This document shows, in pieces, positions 1 to 13,620 of a DNA stretch of 64,000 nt. A model generated the notes under the pieces. That model was not told the DNA's origin. It saw only the letters and a list, made by a program, of their open reading frames with translations, and did not search any database. Source of the DNA: Ophelia neglecta. Taxonomy: Eukaryota. Position 1 is the first letter of the stretch, and each line of letters starts with the position of its first letter. The position numbers and the translations under genes were made by a program. The DNA is taken from NCBI GenBank assembly GCA_965285935.1, contig OZ260662.1, positions 35,030,001 through 35,094,000 of the forward strand, given 5' to 3'.

Positions 1-3000
1 GTAAATTGTCATTTTTTAATTGGCAGACTGTTTTTTTTAGCTTGACGACGGATAGACCAGCCTTGGGCTAAATTGTGCACGTCATAATTGAATATACTCA
101 CAAACTTAGTTTTGCCTCGTTTTCAGTCCTTTCATGTTTGCGTGCCCCGCCAGTCACTTGATGACATACAGCCTGTCCACTTTAATAATTTTCATAGAAT
201 CTTCCGCTTTTTTTGGTTGTGATTACTTATAGGCAGAACAGCCTAAGAAGTAGATTGGTTCTCTTGAAAAAATGGACAAATCAAGAAGGCAGCTTCCCTG
301 CTAAGCATGTAGATATGGGAGCTAGACGCCAATGGCTAAGTATATTTGCTCGTGGATAATTTTAATTTCCCTAATGCATTGTTGCATGCTTCACCACCAT
401 TTGAAAGTGTCAGAGGCAAACAGTGAACTATTTTAGAGGATTTCCTCTTATAATTAATGAAAATGACACTAACTTGGAAGTAAACTTGGGAGATGGAGGA
501 TGACGGAAATTTTTAACTCGGGCATTGACCAATCTGACATCCACACATATTTCACGCCCTTATACAAACACCTCATTGTACAATTTCAATAATGTTGAAA
601 ATTATTAATGAGTTTTGCCCCGCTGTTGGGTTTTCTTTAAAAGAAGCACAGCCTGGTTGCTGAAAAACGGGTGAAAACTAATATTTGAACAGTCAGCCCC
701 CGCACCTGCTACAGAGCTGGTAAATGGTACTACCGAAACGTGGAATCCATGTACTACTAACTGTCAAAGTGGTAATATGGATTCAGACATGGCATCCTAG
801 TGCTTTTATTGACAAAAGTGTTCTGCTATTTTTTGTGCGTTTGTGATTAGAACTGTGCGAAGATGAATTCATGTGCAGTACATTTTTATCTTGATTGGCA
901 TGATCATTAGTATACTTGGTGGTTTTTTACCTGCCATTGACTTGCATATTAATATAGGCATATGTCCTATCCATGTTTATCCTCATAATTCATCTGCTGG
1001 CACTTGTCGTATATGATGTGCCAAGCAGATATTGATTAATACAATCATTATACCTTAAACTCGAAAAATTCATAGTTCAGATATACATCCCTGTTCCATA
1101 TATACATGTCCCTTGTCATTACTAAATCACAGCTTCATGTTTGAAATTTGAATTTAGATTACTAGTTAACCCACATGCACAAGCTTTATAATATGATATA
1201 TGTATGCAAAGACCTACCGGTACCACACGACTACTTAGGTCTACTAATTAACAATGCCTTCAACCAAGTCAGCGATTTAAAAACGAAAAAATGCCCTGAG
1301 TAAATGCACTCATGGATCTGGTGTACCTGCTTCTATCTGTCATTCGAGAGGCATAAGTAAACAAGTAATAATCTTAGTTAAATAGTGTATTACACCATGG
1401 CCAGTGTATTTGCTAGTCGGTTTATTTACATAAGTAAATAAGATAACTTGTAAGCTACAGGTGCAAAGTTATTAGATTTACATAGATTTATTCATTCACA
1501 AGATTGTTTACTTATCATTTGCTTATGCTACTATCAATCTCAGAAACTGGTTTCCCAGAAACGACATTTTTGTTTAAGTTTCACTAAAATATTTTCATCC
1601 GCAGATTAAATGCCCTACATACTGGAAACTATTCAACCCCGTATTCAATAATTCCATGCATTCTGCTAGTACAGAAATATTAATAACAATCTATTACATG
1701 TACTATCAGCTGCTATTCGTTGTCTGATGTGAGGATGATAATAAATCGCCTCTGAATATGTTATGTTGCCAGCCACGGGCGGCAAATTTAATGTGGCGTG
1801 CCATATAAGGCTGGTGAACAGTTCGGCATGTGCGTAGTTCGGCATTTAGGCAATTTTGATGCCAGTAGGCCTAGACATGATGCGAGGACACCTTAATCAA
1901 TTTCTCCTGCTTTATGCTCCGGGGTTGCCGACAAGCTTGGGATTTCGAACAATCAACTGCGTGGTAGTTGGTATTGATTCGCAAATAAATTCCCAAATAG
2001 TTGAGCGAATCGCACAAATAGCTACCACAAAAGAAATGTATCTAAGTGATAATTTGGAGGGAGGGTATACGACTCGGCATAGCGAGTCCCATCGATTGGT
2101 GGACAGGAGCTATAGTCGCTGATATTCTCTGAACCACATTTTAGAGGAAAAAATGTCTCCTAATTACATCAAACTATTATCAAATAATATCTTTGAAATA
2201 TTAATTACGAAGACATGTAGACTATGCAGTGGTTTGATGTTGTTTTTATAGTTGTAGTCCGAAGCAGTAAGACCTTTCAGTCAGCCTGATGTCCAGTTTT
2301 TCTCTTCATTGTCGTTATGTAGCTAGGCCTAATTAGAGATGGTGTTTCTATTAGTTTGAACATGTTATGGTGTTATTGAAATACAAAGGTATTAGATGTA
2401 ATAGGTTTTATTGGATTATAAATCAGTTTTAGGGAGCACGACACAGTCTTTTTCCTGCAGCGGGTATCTAATCATAACTACATGGGATCTGATATCAACA
2501 AGGCTTCAATGTCAACACTCCAAGGAATTAAAATGTAGGCGCAAAGGCACCCATGATCGAATATTCAAGTTTTAAAAATACGAATAAATTATCTGATGCG
2601 TCATTTAGGATATGGATCTAGAAATGTATTATTCCTCCGTGTGGCTAACTCATTTCATATTGGCCTAGATATGGAAATTGAATGGCCTTTTTGATATAGG
2701 CATATACATATGTATTCATAATTTCCCGACCAACTGTATATTGAGGGTTTATTTCTGTGAAAGGACTGGTCAGCTGTCCTTTACCTGCATGGCCAATGCC
2801 ACGTGAAATCTCGCCACCTTATATGTATATGCATATATTTGGAGCCTATCCTTAAACCATGGTGAAGAGGCTGGACTGCGGAATGCGGGCTAGGTCACCT
2901 GACCCCTACCCCTGGTCTTTTGATCTGGCCTACCTGTACAAACCTATATAAGCTCCTATAGAAAATACTCGCTAATTAGGTTCCCCGTCGGGATAGCAGC

Positions 3001-6000
3001 CGAAGGGTAAAAAATGGGAAGGGACGCCGGCGGTTGAGACTGATGGCGGTGCAGGAACGGCCGGGCAGGGGTGGGAAAGGGGGTTAACCCCCTGCCGTTT
3101 ACCATTGTCCTTCTCTTACCCAGCGTCCATAGGACTTCCTGTTAGCTTGCAATTAAAACTAGGCTATACCAGAATTTAATTCAATATTAACACCGCCGTG
3201 TAAGAGAATGTAATCATCTTTAAGGAGCCCCACAATGCCCTGTCGACTCCCCCATCGCTCTCGTCTGCTAGTTTTGCCATTCACACCTCTTGTGGCCTTT
3301 CTCGATGACAAATTACATCTCGTTGACGCTTGGCATACAATATTATAGTGTCTCGCGAGCCTAAGTATTGTGAGTTGAATTGCTAACACAGCAAGAAACA
3401 ATCGTTGAGGTCATAATTTCACAGTATATTATTTTCCGCATGCCGCGTGTACTACTGGAGCTGCCAAGTGTTAAATTGAATGATGTCGTATTAAAAAGGA
3501 TGCAAAAATATCTAAACAACGCAAATGTATTTATTGTCGCTTACAATTTATAGAAATGATCCAATTTTGCCTGTATTTCATACTGGGGCCTGGGAAAACA
3601 TGACGCACTATTTCCAGCATCATGTGTATTTTTTGCACATCGCAGAGTTCAATTAAAGTGTTTTTGTATACATTGGGAATCTATTGATATTCTGTACTAT
3701 GGCGGCATACGACAGTACAGTGTCGCCACTACGCCAGTGATGTGTATTCCGAGCATAATTGTAATACCACTTCACCTATCTAAACATGTACACACACACT
3801 GGGCTCATCACATATGCTAACAGTGCACGTCGTTTATATTCGATTATACTTGGTGGTTTTGTGGAAAGAAATGTGAACATATCATAGCCATAACGTCTCT
3901 ATAATATATTGACTCGTTTCTTGTATAAATATTTGCCTAGCTATAAACACTTCAGTACTGGATATATGTATGCCACTTAACCGGTATAAAGTTTTCCCGT
4001 GATGATCATACATTTGAATGTGTACTCAAAAATCTTAGCATGTGTCATGTGTTGTTTCATGCAACCCGCAGCCTCTGTGATCGAAATGGATTCAATTTAC
4101 ACAAGTTTATAATAGTTTCGCGGCAGATGACAGCTATGCAGTATAGATGATATGCAAAATGTTTTTGGTGATATATTAGATGCAACGCAGGATATGGCCG
4201 TGCCGGGTTGTAACCAGGTGGTAGAATGATAAATGCTTTCTGAGACAAAACAATCTGACAAATTATCGCCCGTCAGGTGAAAGTGATAATTGCGATGTTA
4301 ATACGCCTATAATCTTCCGCAAATCTATAGTTTCAATTAGCAAGGGAAACTATTCTGATGCGTAAGAATATATGATAATTTACCAAGGCGTCTGTAATAT
4401 CCCGGTGATAATAGAATATTTATTCTCGTTCGACTGCTATGAAGCAGACAGGTGTATAATAATTATATTAAAGTAGACCCGTTTGCATCTGGAGTCCCTT
4501 GTGATTTTTTTGTCGCAAGCGGCCCAAGTGTGTCATGTTGCCGAATAATGTGTCTTCTTGTGTCTGGGTTAAAAGGTGGAGTTTCCCTTTAACGAGACCA
4601 TAGGATTTATGATTTAAAGCATTCAGTGTGAAACTCACTGCGAATAATACGACGTTTAATGTTAAGCAATGCAGTTGAATGTCTACATTGAAATGTGAAA
4701 AATGCCGTTTTATTCCCGTCTTTCAAATACCACAATGACACGCTAGGTGCCGACCACACAGGCATTTACTTCTCAACATTTAGCCGTAAAATAATCCGTC
4801 CAATTTTCGGAGAGTGTATGTGTCAGGTTTTGCGTGTTCCTTTAGCCGAGGCCAGTGTAGAGTTCCCAATTTGCGAGGTAAAGGGTGCAGTGGCCCTTTT
4901 ACCATATATACAAGAATAGAGGGCATGAAAGCCGACACCCCATGAAACGGGCTTCAAATACAGGGAGCAGTGGTCCGGTGACAATGCCATGTCAGCTACG
5001 TGTTATACGGTGGAGCGCACCTTTTGTCGCCAGCCAGACTACTGGTAATGGGTTTCACCCGGGCCCAAAATGAAATGACAACACATTACCAAACGACATT
5101 TTGTTCGAAGCCCTGAGCAATGTTGTGGCAAACTGCGTTTCGTATTCACCGATTATCAATGTCGTGTTTATCGTGGAGCGAGATGTCCATTACACAGTTG
5201 TCTTTAATTGAGTTCCTTATGCCTCGCTTAGTATGAGGTAACAAAATAAAAATACCCCTCTAGATTATCTAGGTCTGCTAATTCTATGAAATATTCATAA
5301 GCTTTAGGTTTAGACGAACCTTTATTACTGAAATGGAGCTTATTTGCCATTTGGTGTTACATATTTGAATCATAAACTCATTATACAACTAGGAAGCAAT
5401 AATGATTAAAAGACTATTAACGCGGGAAGCATAATAAATAGTTAAATATATATTCTATACAGAGTAGAGGATAGGGCAGGTGTGTTTCGCTCGTTGTTGT
5501 GAGTATACTATTGTCACCTTTTGACCGTTAGCTGCTTGTCAGCATTTGTCTCCTTATCAGCCAATCAATTCCCTTGGGTGAAAACTATATATCGATGGAA
5601 AATAATGATTTGGATGAGGTATGGCCTATCGCAATGTCACTTACTATGCTGGTTGTATGTAGATTATATATATGTAAGGATACAGTGAAAACTGCCGCTT
5701 CTATATCCAGGTCACCTGTCAATTCAGGTACTAATAGGAAGACTGTCCTGTACACTGTCAATGTAAATAACCTGTCTAAACAGACCACCTCTATGGTCTC
5801 AATTCACATGTTCTTATGTAGTTTGAAATGCAGTTTCTGTCCGTTTTGGGCTGTAAATGATTTAATAGAGCTAACTGTTATATGCTGCTGGTATTTCTAT
5901 TGTTGCCGGGGACTTGTCAGTGCCTGCTGACCTGTGGTCATTACAGTTCAATCTGACGGACATGGGGTAAACTTAGTCCTGGTAATTTTCACATTTTCCG

Positions 6001-9000
6001 GTTTGACCTTCGTCCACAGGACTAGTGTGAGCTGTGATGTTCCTGTAAAACCTTTTGTTTAACTTACGCCAATTAAGACCAAATTAGGTCGTTTACAAAC
6101 AGGGTTGAATTAGGGTCTCTATGAGTAGGCGGCCTCTGACCTGCACTAATACTGGGAATAAGGTGCCATGTTCTACTTGCACGTATTAACACATTATTTT
6201 ATTTATTTTAATATACCTCGGTCGTGACTTTCCCGCCAAGTTCAATGCCGACGACGTGAGAGAGTGTGGTTTTCGTGGATTTCGGTCAGCTAGCTTTCGT
6301 TTGATTTTACACAGCTGTGGTCAAATGATGTTTGACCACTTGGGCTCAGAGCGATCAACTGACCAAGCTGGTCAGAATCCACACTCAATCCTCAGCGTCC
6401 AACAGGTGAGGTGCCAGATACACGTGCTTTTTATAGTCGGCGTGAGAAGGAATATAATTGTGTCGTCTGCTTACTGAAAATATGAAAATCACAACTCATT
6501 TGTCAAATCTGTGCTGAAAATATATACACATGGTTTAATCGTAAACAGACATAAGCGTTCATTTTATGGCAATATCAATTAATAGGTCATGCTGTATTTT
6601 TTTTAAACCACCACCGTGTTTATTAATTGACAAGAATGGTTAACATGGCTACGTGAAAGCCTTAATTATCGTTCCATTTTAAATGAGAATTATTTTGCCA
6701 ATAAAATACCGCTTACTATCTGAATTATTAAGGCTTGTCTTACGGTCTGAATCCACGATATCAATACTATATATCCATAATGCTTCGAATATTAAAAGTA
6801 TGAACATAAAAACAGCTACTCTAAGCATTACTCTAGACGCATTTCTCATGTGGAAATGCCTCGGCGCCCTACAGTAGATTGAACTAGCAAATATGATCAC
6901 AATTCCGACAAAAAGGCAAGGCAGTGCTTTATTTATTACCACCAATGATCAATGCATGTATCATAATGGAAAATTTAATCAGCTGTTAAAGGCGGTGGTG
7001 GTTACTCTCAGTTTACTTGTAGGCGAATATTCGCACTTTGTATCGTTTTGTTATTGCATAAGACAAAAATGTGTGTATTCATTAGAGTTGCACTGCGGGA
7101 TGTCAAATTCTGAACTGATGGAAAATCTCAAGTATAGTAGCATATAAAAAATAATGATGTCTGTTTTGTGATCTAAACAAAGAAACTTGTTGAAGAAACC
7201 TTTTGAATAGCAAAAGGTTTGATTAGTTCCAAGATAAATAGGCTTACTTTGACTTCGATTTCAAGATGCGGCTATTTGATATGATAGAATAAACTGTTAA
7301 ATCTTAAAACTGGCTCCCCTATGAAAATGGAGAATTGATATGTGAAATAGCACGAACTTTGCCGAAACAGAGAGGATGTTGTTTAGAAGCTTTTTCACAC
7401 CCCGTCTGGTGTAGAATGGCAGACGACGAGTGAACATGCCATTTTTTCCAATCAACTCCCGTCAAGGAACTGTTTTTTTACAGTTCTTTAGTTGCAGGGT
7501 TGAGGGATGAGATTTTTCAGCATAAAAGGTCTGAATTGGCGATGGAATAGAGCCCAGAGGTTAATAGTCAGTGTCACGGCAGGAGAACTCTCCTTTCCAG
7601 GAGGACAGAAAGAGATAGCCCTTGAATGGTCGAGGGGAAATGGATTAATTGTTGGCACAAATTGGTTATGCGATACTAGACTAACTTGGATAGTGCAGAA
7701 GTATTTGGTCCAGATCTAATTGGGAAGGCGAGTCACATAGACGCTCAAACAGGGAAAACCAATTGTCACTGGCAGCAACCATAGAGCACCATTAGGCCAC
7801 TACTCGAGCGCAAAGTATTGGCAAATCTATGCATAACAATTTTCATATTTGTGGAAAAATTGTTCGACAAAATTTGTTCATAATGGCCGAAATGAGGGAC
7901 CATTCCCTGCGGCATGGTACACAAAACGAAAATTATACCCTGCTCTGAATAGAGGGCAATTTAGCTGCTTATTTGATAGAAGTTGAATTGAATAGCATCT
8001 AATGAGAGCTATTTGCAGAAGTTCTCTGGCTCTTATCTAACCAGACATTGCCCGAGCTGGACCCTCATAGCTTTAATCTGCTTTCATACTAAATGTGTCT
8101 TTACTCTACATATATACATCTAAGTACTAGTATATTGTGTCTGTAAGGACAGATATTTTTCTATTTACTTGAATCAGAACCGAATGATTTCCCAATATTT
8201 CCAGACTGCTCGGATGGTCCGCCATCGAGTCTTTAAACTGTTGCGTGGGACAGAAGTGTTGGCAAATAGTTGAACTATGCGGGGGACTAAAATGTAAATA
8301 TAAACAGATTCCAATTGTCGAATGGTGGATTTGGTTTAACACCGGTCAATTTCAACACTGTTGTTGTAGCCTTGTTGAGTGGATGAGCATATAGAACCAA
8401 CATTTTCTCGAGCAATTACTACTTGTGTGGGCAATTCAGGTCCATAATGGGACATTTGATGATACACAATGAAGAGAAAACATGGCTAGTCACCAAACAT
8501 CATCACTGAACGGCTTCCTTAACATACTGGTAATTAGGACCAAAAACACACCTGAATGTGCAATAACATTGTCTCGATTCTATTATATTTTATTATTCGT
8601 TATCTTATTATGTTTAAGAGATTTGCGGATTAAATTAATTTGCAATGTTTCTAGTGTGAAATGATACATTCTATGCCTATATATGGGTCTGTTCACACAC
8701 ACCAGACTTCACCTAAATTAAATGGAGTTCGTAGGACAGCTGCATTTTCCAAATTAATCATTGGTGAAACGGCAACTTCTTTAATCATGTAAACATCGAT
8801 GCAACGTGAATGTGAGTTAAGGTTTACATTCATAATTAGTGACAGAAATGTGGATGTTTTGCACATAATCACACCATGTTTACGTGTGGAGGAGAGTACA
8901 TTATAGGTTGTTCTAAAGATATATTTCAGTTCCAATGAGAGCAGGAGAATGTCATTTAGTCTGTGAAGCTATTTATTTTAAGGTGCCAAATGCCACGACA

Positions 9001-12000
9001 AGTTAGAGAGATAATAAGCTGACAGGTATTATTTCTTTATCATTTGAGAGACCGGGTTATTGTCCAACAGAAGCAGCGTGTTTTCTGTGTGCCACTGACG
9101 ACTCTCAGTCCGGCCACTTGACACTGGCGTCAGCGATGTCTTATGGGTAATTATCATCACTTTTGGCAAAATGCAGCCAATTTCCCTCCATCGGCGTCTT
9201 ACCATTTCGATCTAATGTGTCTCATTCCTCCCAATTGGCTAACTTATCATCATGACATCGCGGCCACTCTGCAGTTCACCTCTCCACATTCCTGTACGGT
9301 GATAAGACTTCTACTGGGCATAATTACCGATTTGGTTGGATACACCTGGACAAAAGAAGGATGCTGTTTCTCGAGGGGGGGGGGTATTTCTACCCAATCT
9401 ATAACGAGATATTTAAAGGAGATGGGTGTTGAGGTGTAGTTTTACCTAGTCTATACTTCCCATGGCACCTTAGCTGTTCTGGTGAATTCGGGTGTCGGCT
9501 TTGCTTTGAAGCCCCCATGTTGAGTAAAACTAGGCAGCTTTGTTGAAAAATGACCCGTCTTCTTTGGTACTTAGATATCCAGTTACCTGCTTAAAGTGTA
9601 GGTCCGGGTTATACAAAGGTGGGAGGAGGGGTAGCTTGAGTCACTAATACTTCCCACAGAAATAATTCAGCCAGATGATTTCATTTACATGGCGTATTGG
9701 CCTCAAAGGTATATATTATTGAAGTGCAGACATTTGATGTTTTCTAGATTTACGCCATTGTCTACTAAGTCTGTCAGACAACGTAGTAGGAAGACATTCG
9801 CTAAATGTCCCCTAATATTCTTTCCAGCCGCACAATGCATGAGCCTGGTAGCTACTAAGTGCATATAAAAAGGGTTTTATTTAGTAGGAAAGTAAGTCGC
9901 TTATTATATAGCCATATACTTTAAAATCACGTAATAACTGGATGATAAAAACAAAAGTTTTACCAGAGTAAGATTTCATGCTAAGATTTGTGTTCTGGTG
10001 ACGACAGTTGGCCGGATGCGGGTAGATTGGTTTTTTCAAATTTATAAACGCTTAACAACGACGTCTGTCCTCAACCCGGTAAATTGTCTCCCTTTCTGTC
10101 TGTAGTCGTTGGCATGTATTTTCATAAATAATATAATTTTGTTTTGTGCATATCTGTTTTTGACAATCGGTATGATAAACAAGCCCGGAGGAGTATATAC
10201 AGACCATATAAATATCATTTTAGTGTGCTTATCTGGTCTAATAGAAATGAGTGGGACCTCGGCTTGTGTATAGAAGACATAGGGCCTAGAGCTATGAACA
10301 CGCTGACAAGTTGGGGGTAACTTCATACCGTCTTGTATCGTAAAGTCGGTAGTAAATGTTGACTACCTGGGGCTTGACGGTAGCATGAAATCACACGCAG
10401 GAGCCATGTACACAAAACTACGTTGGTCGTTTTGGCCAAAAACACATGTAACCAAAACATGACGCTTGCCTTTTGAAGAGGTCCCATGCCATCTCCATTG
10501 AAAACTACATCATTAACTTTATAACCCTTAGCTGGCAGGCTTTAGATCTTTCTCCCGAGCCATTATATGTGCAATATTCGGCGTGCAATATGGACACCCA
10601 TAGAACTTCTGCCAAAAAAATATCTAAAATATGGATCTGCGGGTGCAGACACCGAGTCGACTGGTCATAAATCTGACTAGGCTGACATGAGTAGAAAGCC
10701 CGTGAACGGCATCCATCCACTCCCTGTAGACCTGAGCGTGGTAACGGCTAATGAAGTATTCTACCTGAATAAAAGAGTATTCCTACATAAGAGGTTAATT
10801 AGCTTGGATATTAGAATATTAATTGTCATCAACAGGCAGACTTTGGAATGCCCTGGGGAGTTGCCCACCAGAATTTCCTAATTTAGTTGTTCGTGTGTCA
10901 TAATGACTTAATTTTATTCTCTGTTTGATATTTATATTTTTACAAAAATGTAAAAAATCTCAGGCTCGCCGTCTTTTGTCCCATTTCTCATCTATTTCAA
11001 TAGAAATAAACGATATAAAGAGGATATGAACGTAATATTCCTGGCCTGCCTCTGCCAGGAACCTTTTGTGAAGGCTGGCAAAATCCATACAACATTTGAA
11101 TAACGCCAGTGAAAAGAACTGGGTTCCATTATCTCGCCATAGAAAATATATTGTTAGTATTTTGAAAGAGCCTTTCTTATCGTGTTACATTACTCTATTG
11201 CCTATAAGAGTAGCATCTTTTCTTTAAAACTATGGAATAAAGGATATTGTGTGCGTCTAGGAGGTAAATGACTAGACGCGTGCTAGCTCGAGCTATTTAG
11301 TTCTAGGGTCGGGTAAGGGAAGGACTGGTTCTGCTTCACGTATACATAACGGTTCTGGCTAAAATATTGACTTCTACGCCATGTTTTTGAGAGAGAGGTA
11401 TAGAGTGAATGGCCGGGAGTGAATTCTCAGTGGGTGAGCAAGACTTGTTACATGAAATGTCACGTGCTAATCGCCTCTCGCACATTTAACCATCTGCGGT
11501 AAGTCAGTCAACGCTACATCTCACCTTCTTCATACAGTCATGTAATATGTAAATTTCCTAAATATCTAATATCAGGTGGTTCGACGCAGATCATTTGCCA
11601 ACTACGTGCAGTAATAAGACCAAGTCGGGTGATGGATTTGTCGGTTCCTAGCAGTTTGTCCTTCAATTTGTTGAAGTTCCACTCCTGAAAGGGGCGGGGA
11701 GAGGAACGAGGGGACAAATGGGCAAGAAGTCTTAGATACACTGATGGTCGAGAGTAAATAGTTCGTCCGTTGTGCCCATCCACTCTGCTCTATTCTGTCT
11801 GTAACAGACATGATAACTTATACTGGGCTTACAACAGCCTTTATGATAGTTATGCTTAACATTTATAGGCCCATACCCCTTATATATAAGTGTAAATGTC
11901 AGATTTCGAAAATGTAAATAAAACAATGTAGGTCAATGATCTAGGATGACCTCTAGAGACTGTGGGGTCAAATAAATACATCTATTGTAAGCCATTGTAC

Positions 12001-13319
12001 AACTGGAAATGATATTATATGTATTTTGTCCTATTGTCTATTCCGATGCACATGTATCTGATAAATGACTTTGGTGCTGTGAACCCGTAGGCCTAGTCCT
12101 ATAGGCTTTAAATTAAGTAGGCCCACCGCGATTTTCAACAATAACAATTGTATCTGTAGGCATACACACCCCATACAGGTAGTCAACATTAATGCGATCC
12201 GTTAAAATGAAGAAATTGTCCAGTGATGACCCACATTTGATAATCACACATCACATTTCGTGTCTGATTAAACAAAATTAGCCCTTATTAAATTGCTGCG
12301 AAGTGGCGCTGTTGATTGAGTCAGCTGTGAGAAATGCTCACGGAAGTGGGTTGTTGGCTGTGAGAGCGTTGAGTCGGCGAGGTGTGCTGCCTATTTACCG
12401 AGGTCGACCTCTACGTGCTGCACACCGCAGTGGCGGGCACGCCCGTCGGGCCCGGTCCGTACAGCCTCCTGTCCACAGGGCAGCCACGGGTGGGCCTACC
12501 ATTCATCGCAACATGACCCCTCCCTCCAAATTCTTTATAGGTGAAAACGACGATTTGCTAATTCTATTTGGTCAATCTGTGAAACCAATATATTTTAGTA
12601 TGATAATTTGGTCTCCAGCCCTCGTCACATACAGGCCTATAGGCTACAACAATTAATAAGTCGGGCCTATGTTTATACTTACAGGCCTACATTCGTTGGT
12701 TTATTGTTTAGGCCCTATATGGCAAGGCCTCAATTGAATTCTATGTATCTTGGTCATTATATCGTGACCTGATTATAGAATTTTTATTATTCATAATCAT
12801 TAATGGTCCTCCTATAGAGAGAGGGAGCCTGATTATTAGCAGTTTGTTATAAGTCAGGAAGTGAAGTGGTGGGTGGATCTGGTTCCAATATAGAGCTATA
12901 GGCCTAACTAAATTGTACATGTACAGGCCTATTGTGTGACCCTAAGATGTCAAAATTTGTATTATTAATAACACAGTGCATGCCTTTACATTTTTTTCAT
13001 TCACTGCACATGATTTTATTTATTTGTCTTGTTTACCCTGGAGCACCATCATCATTGTGTAAAAACAATGTTCTCCCTGGTGTTCCTTTTACTAACAACA
13101 AACATGGTTTCGTATTGGTCGGTCTCGGGGAGTTATATTAAATATACTAATAAGGCCTATATATCTCAGGTAGATTGATCAGATGTGCAGTGGCTAGGTT
13201 GATGCTACTCTCAAGGTAGTGTGTATGTCGGCGCCCCTATTTATCTGTGTGATTGTTAATTAGCTTACATTGAGATTACAAAGGTTGTTTTGCTGTTTGC
13301 GTCAGGTAGAGTTGGATTA

Positions 13320-13620
13320 AAGCCGGCCGAGTAGTAGCTACCATATGTTCCTCACCCCCGCTGCGCGCACAGCCCCTGATGCTGTGATGTACATTATCAA
13401 CAATTTAGTGTTAGTACCACAGTCGGACCCCCCTACGAGTACCCCCGGAGATCTGAGAGCTCCCTGGCCGGCAGCTGGCACCGCCAACAACCCAAGCCGT
13501 GAAAACAGTCGAGCAGCGACCCGTTCGCCCTTTGATCCAGCCCCACCCTCACCGGGCAATGGCAGCCCACCCGCACTTAACTGCAGCACCAGCTGATGCC
13601 GTGACCGCTTTGATACGTTT
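13320..13620. promoter_or_regulatory. Candidate upstream enhancer (Zic/GLI-family and TCF motifs)
   Basis: GC/CpG island with CCCCCGCTGCG (13355), GACCCCCC (13426), AACAAT (13399), CCTTTGATC (13529) and CTTTGAT (13608). Confidence 0.4.

Noticed and set aside
9126-9142. GGCGTC-N6-GTCT here and GGCGTC-N4-GTCT near 58133-58147 as Schnurri silencers
   Set aside because: The spacer is not the required 5 nt.
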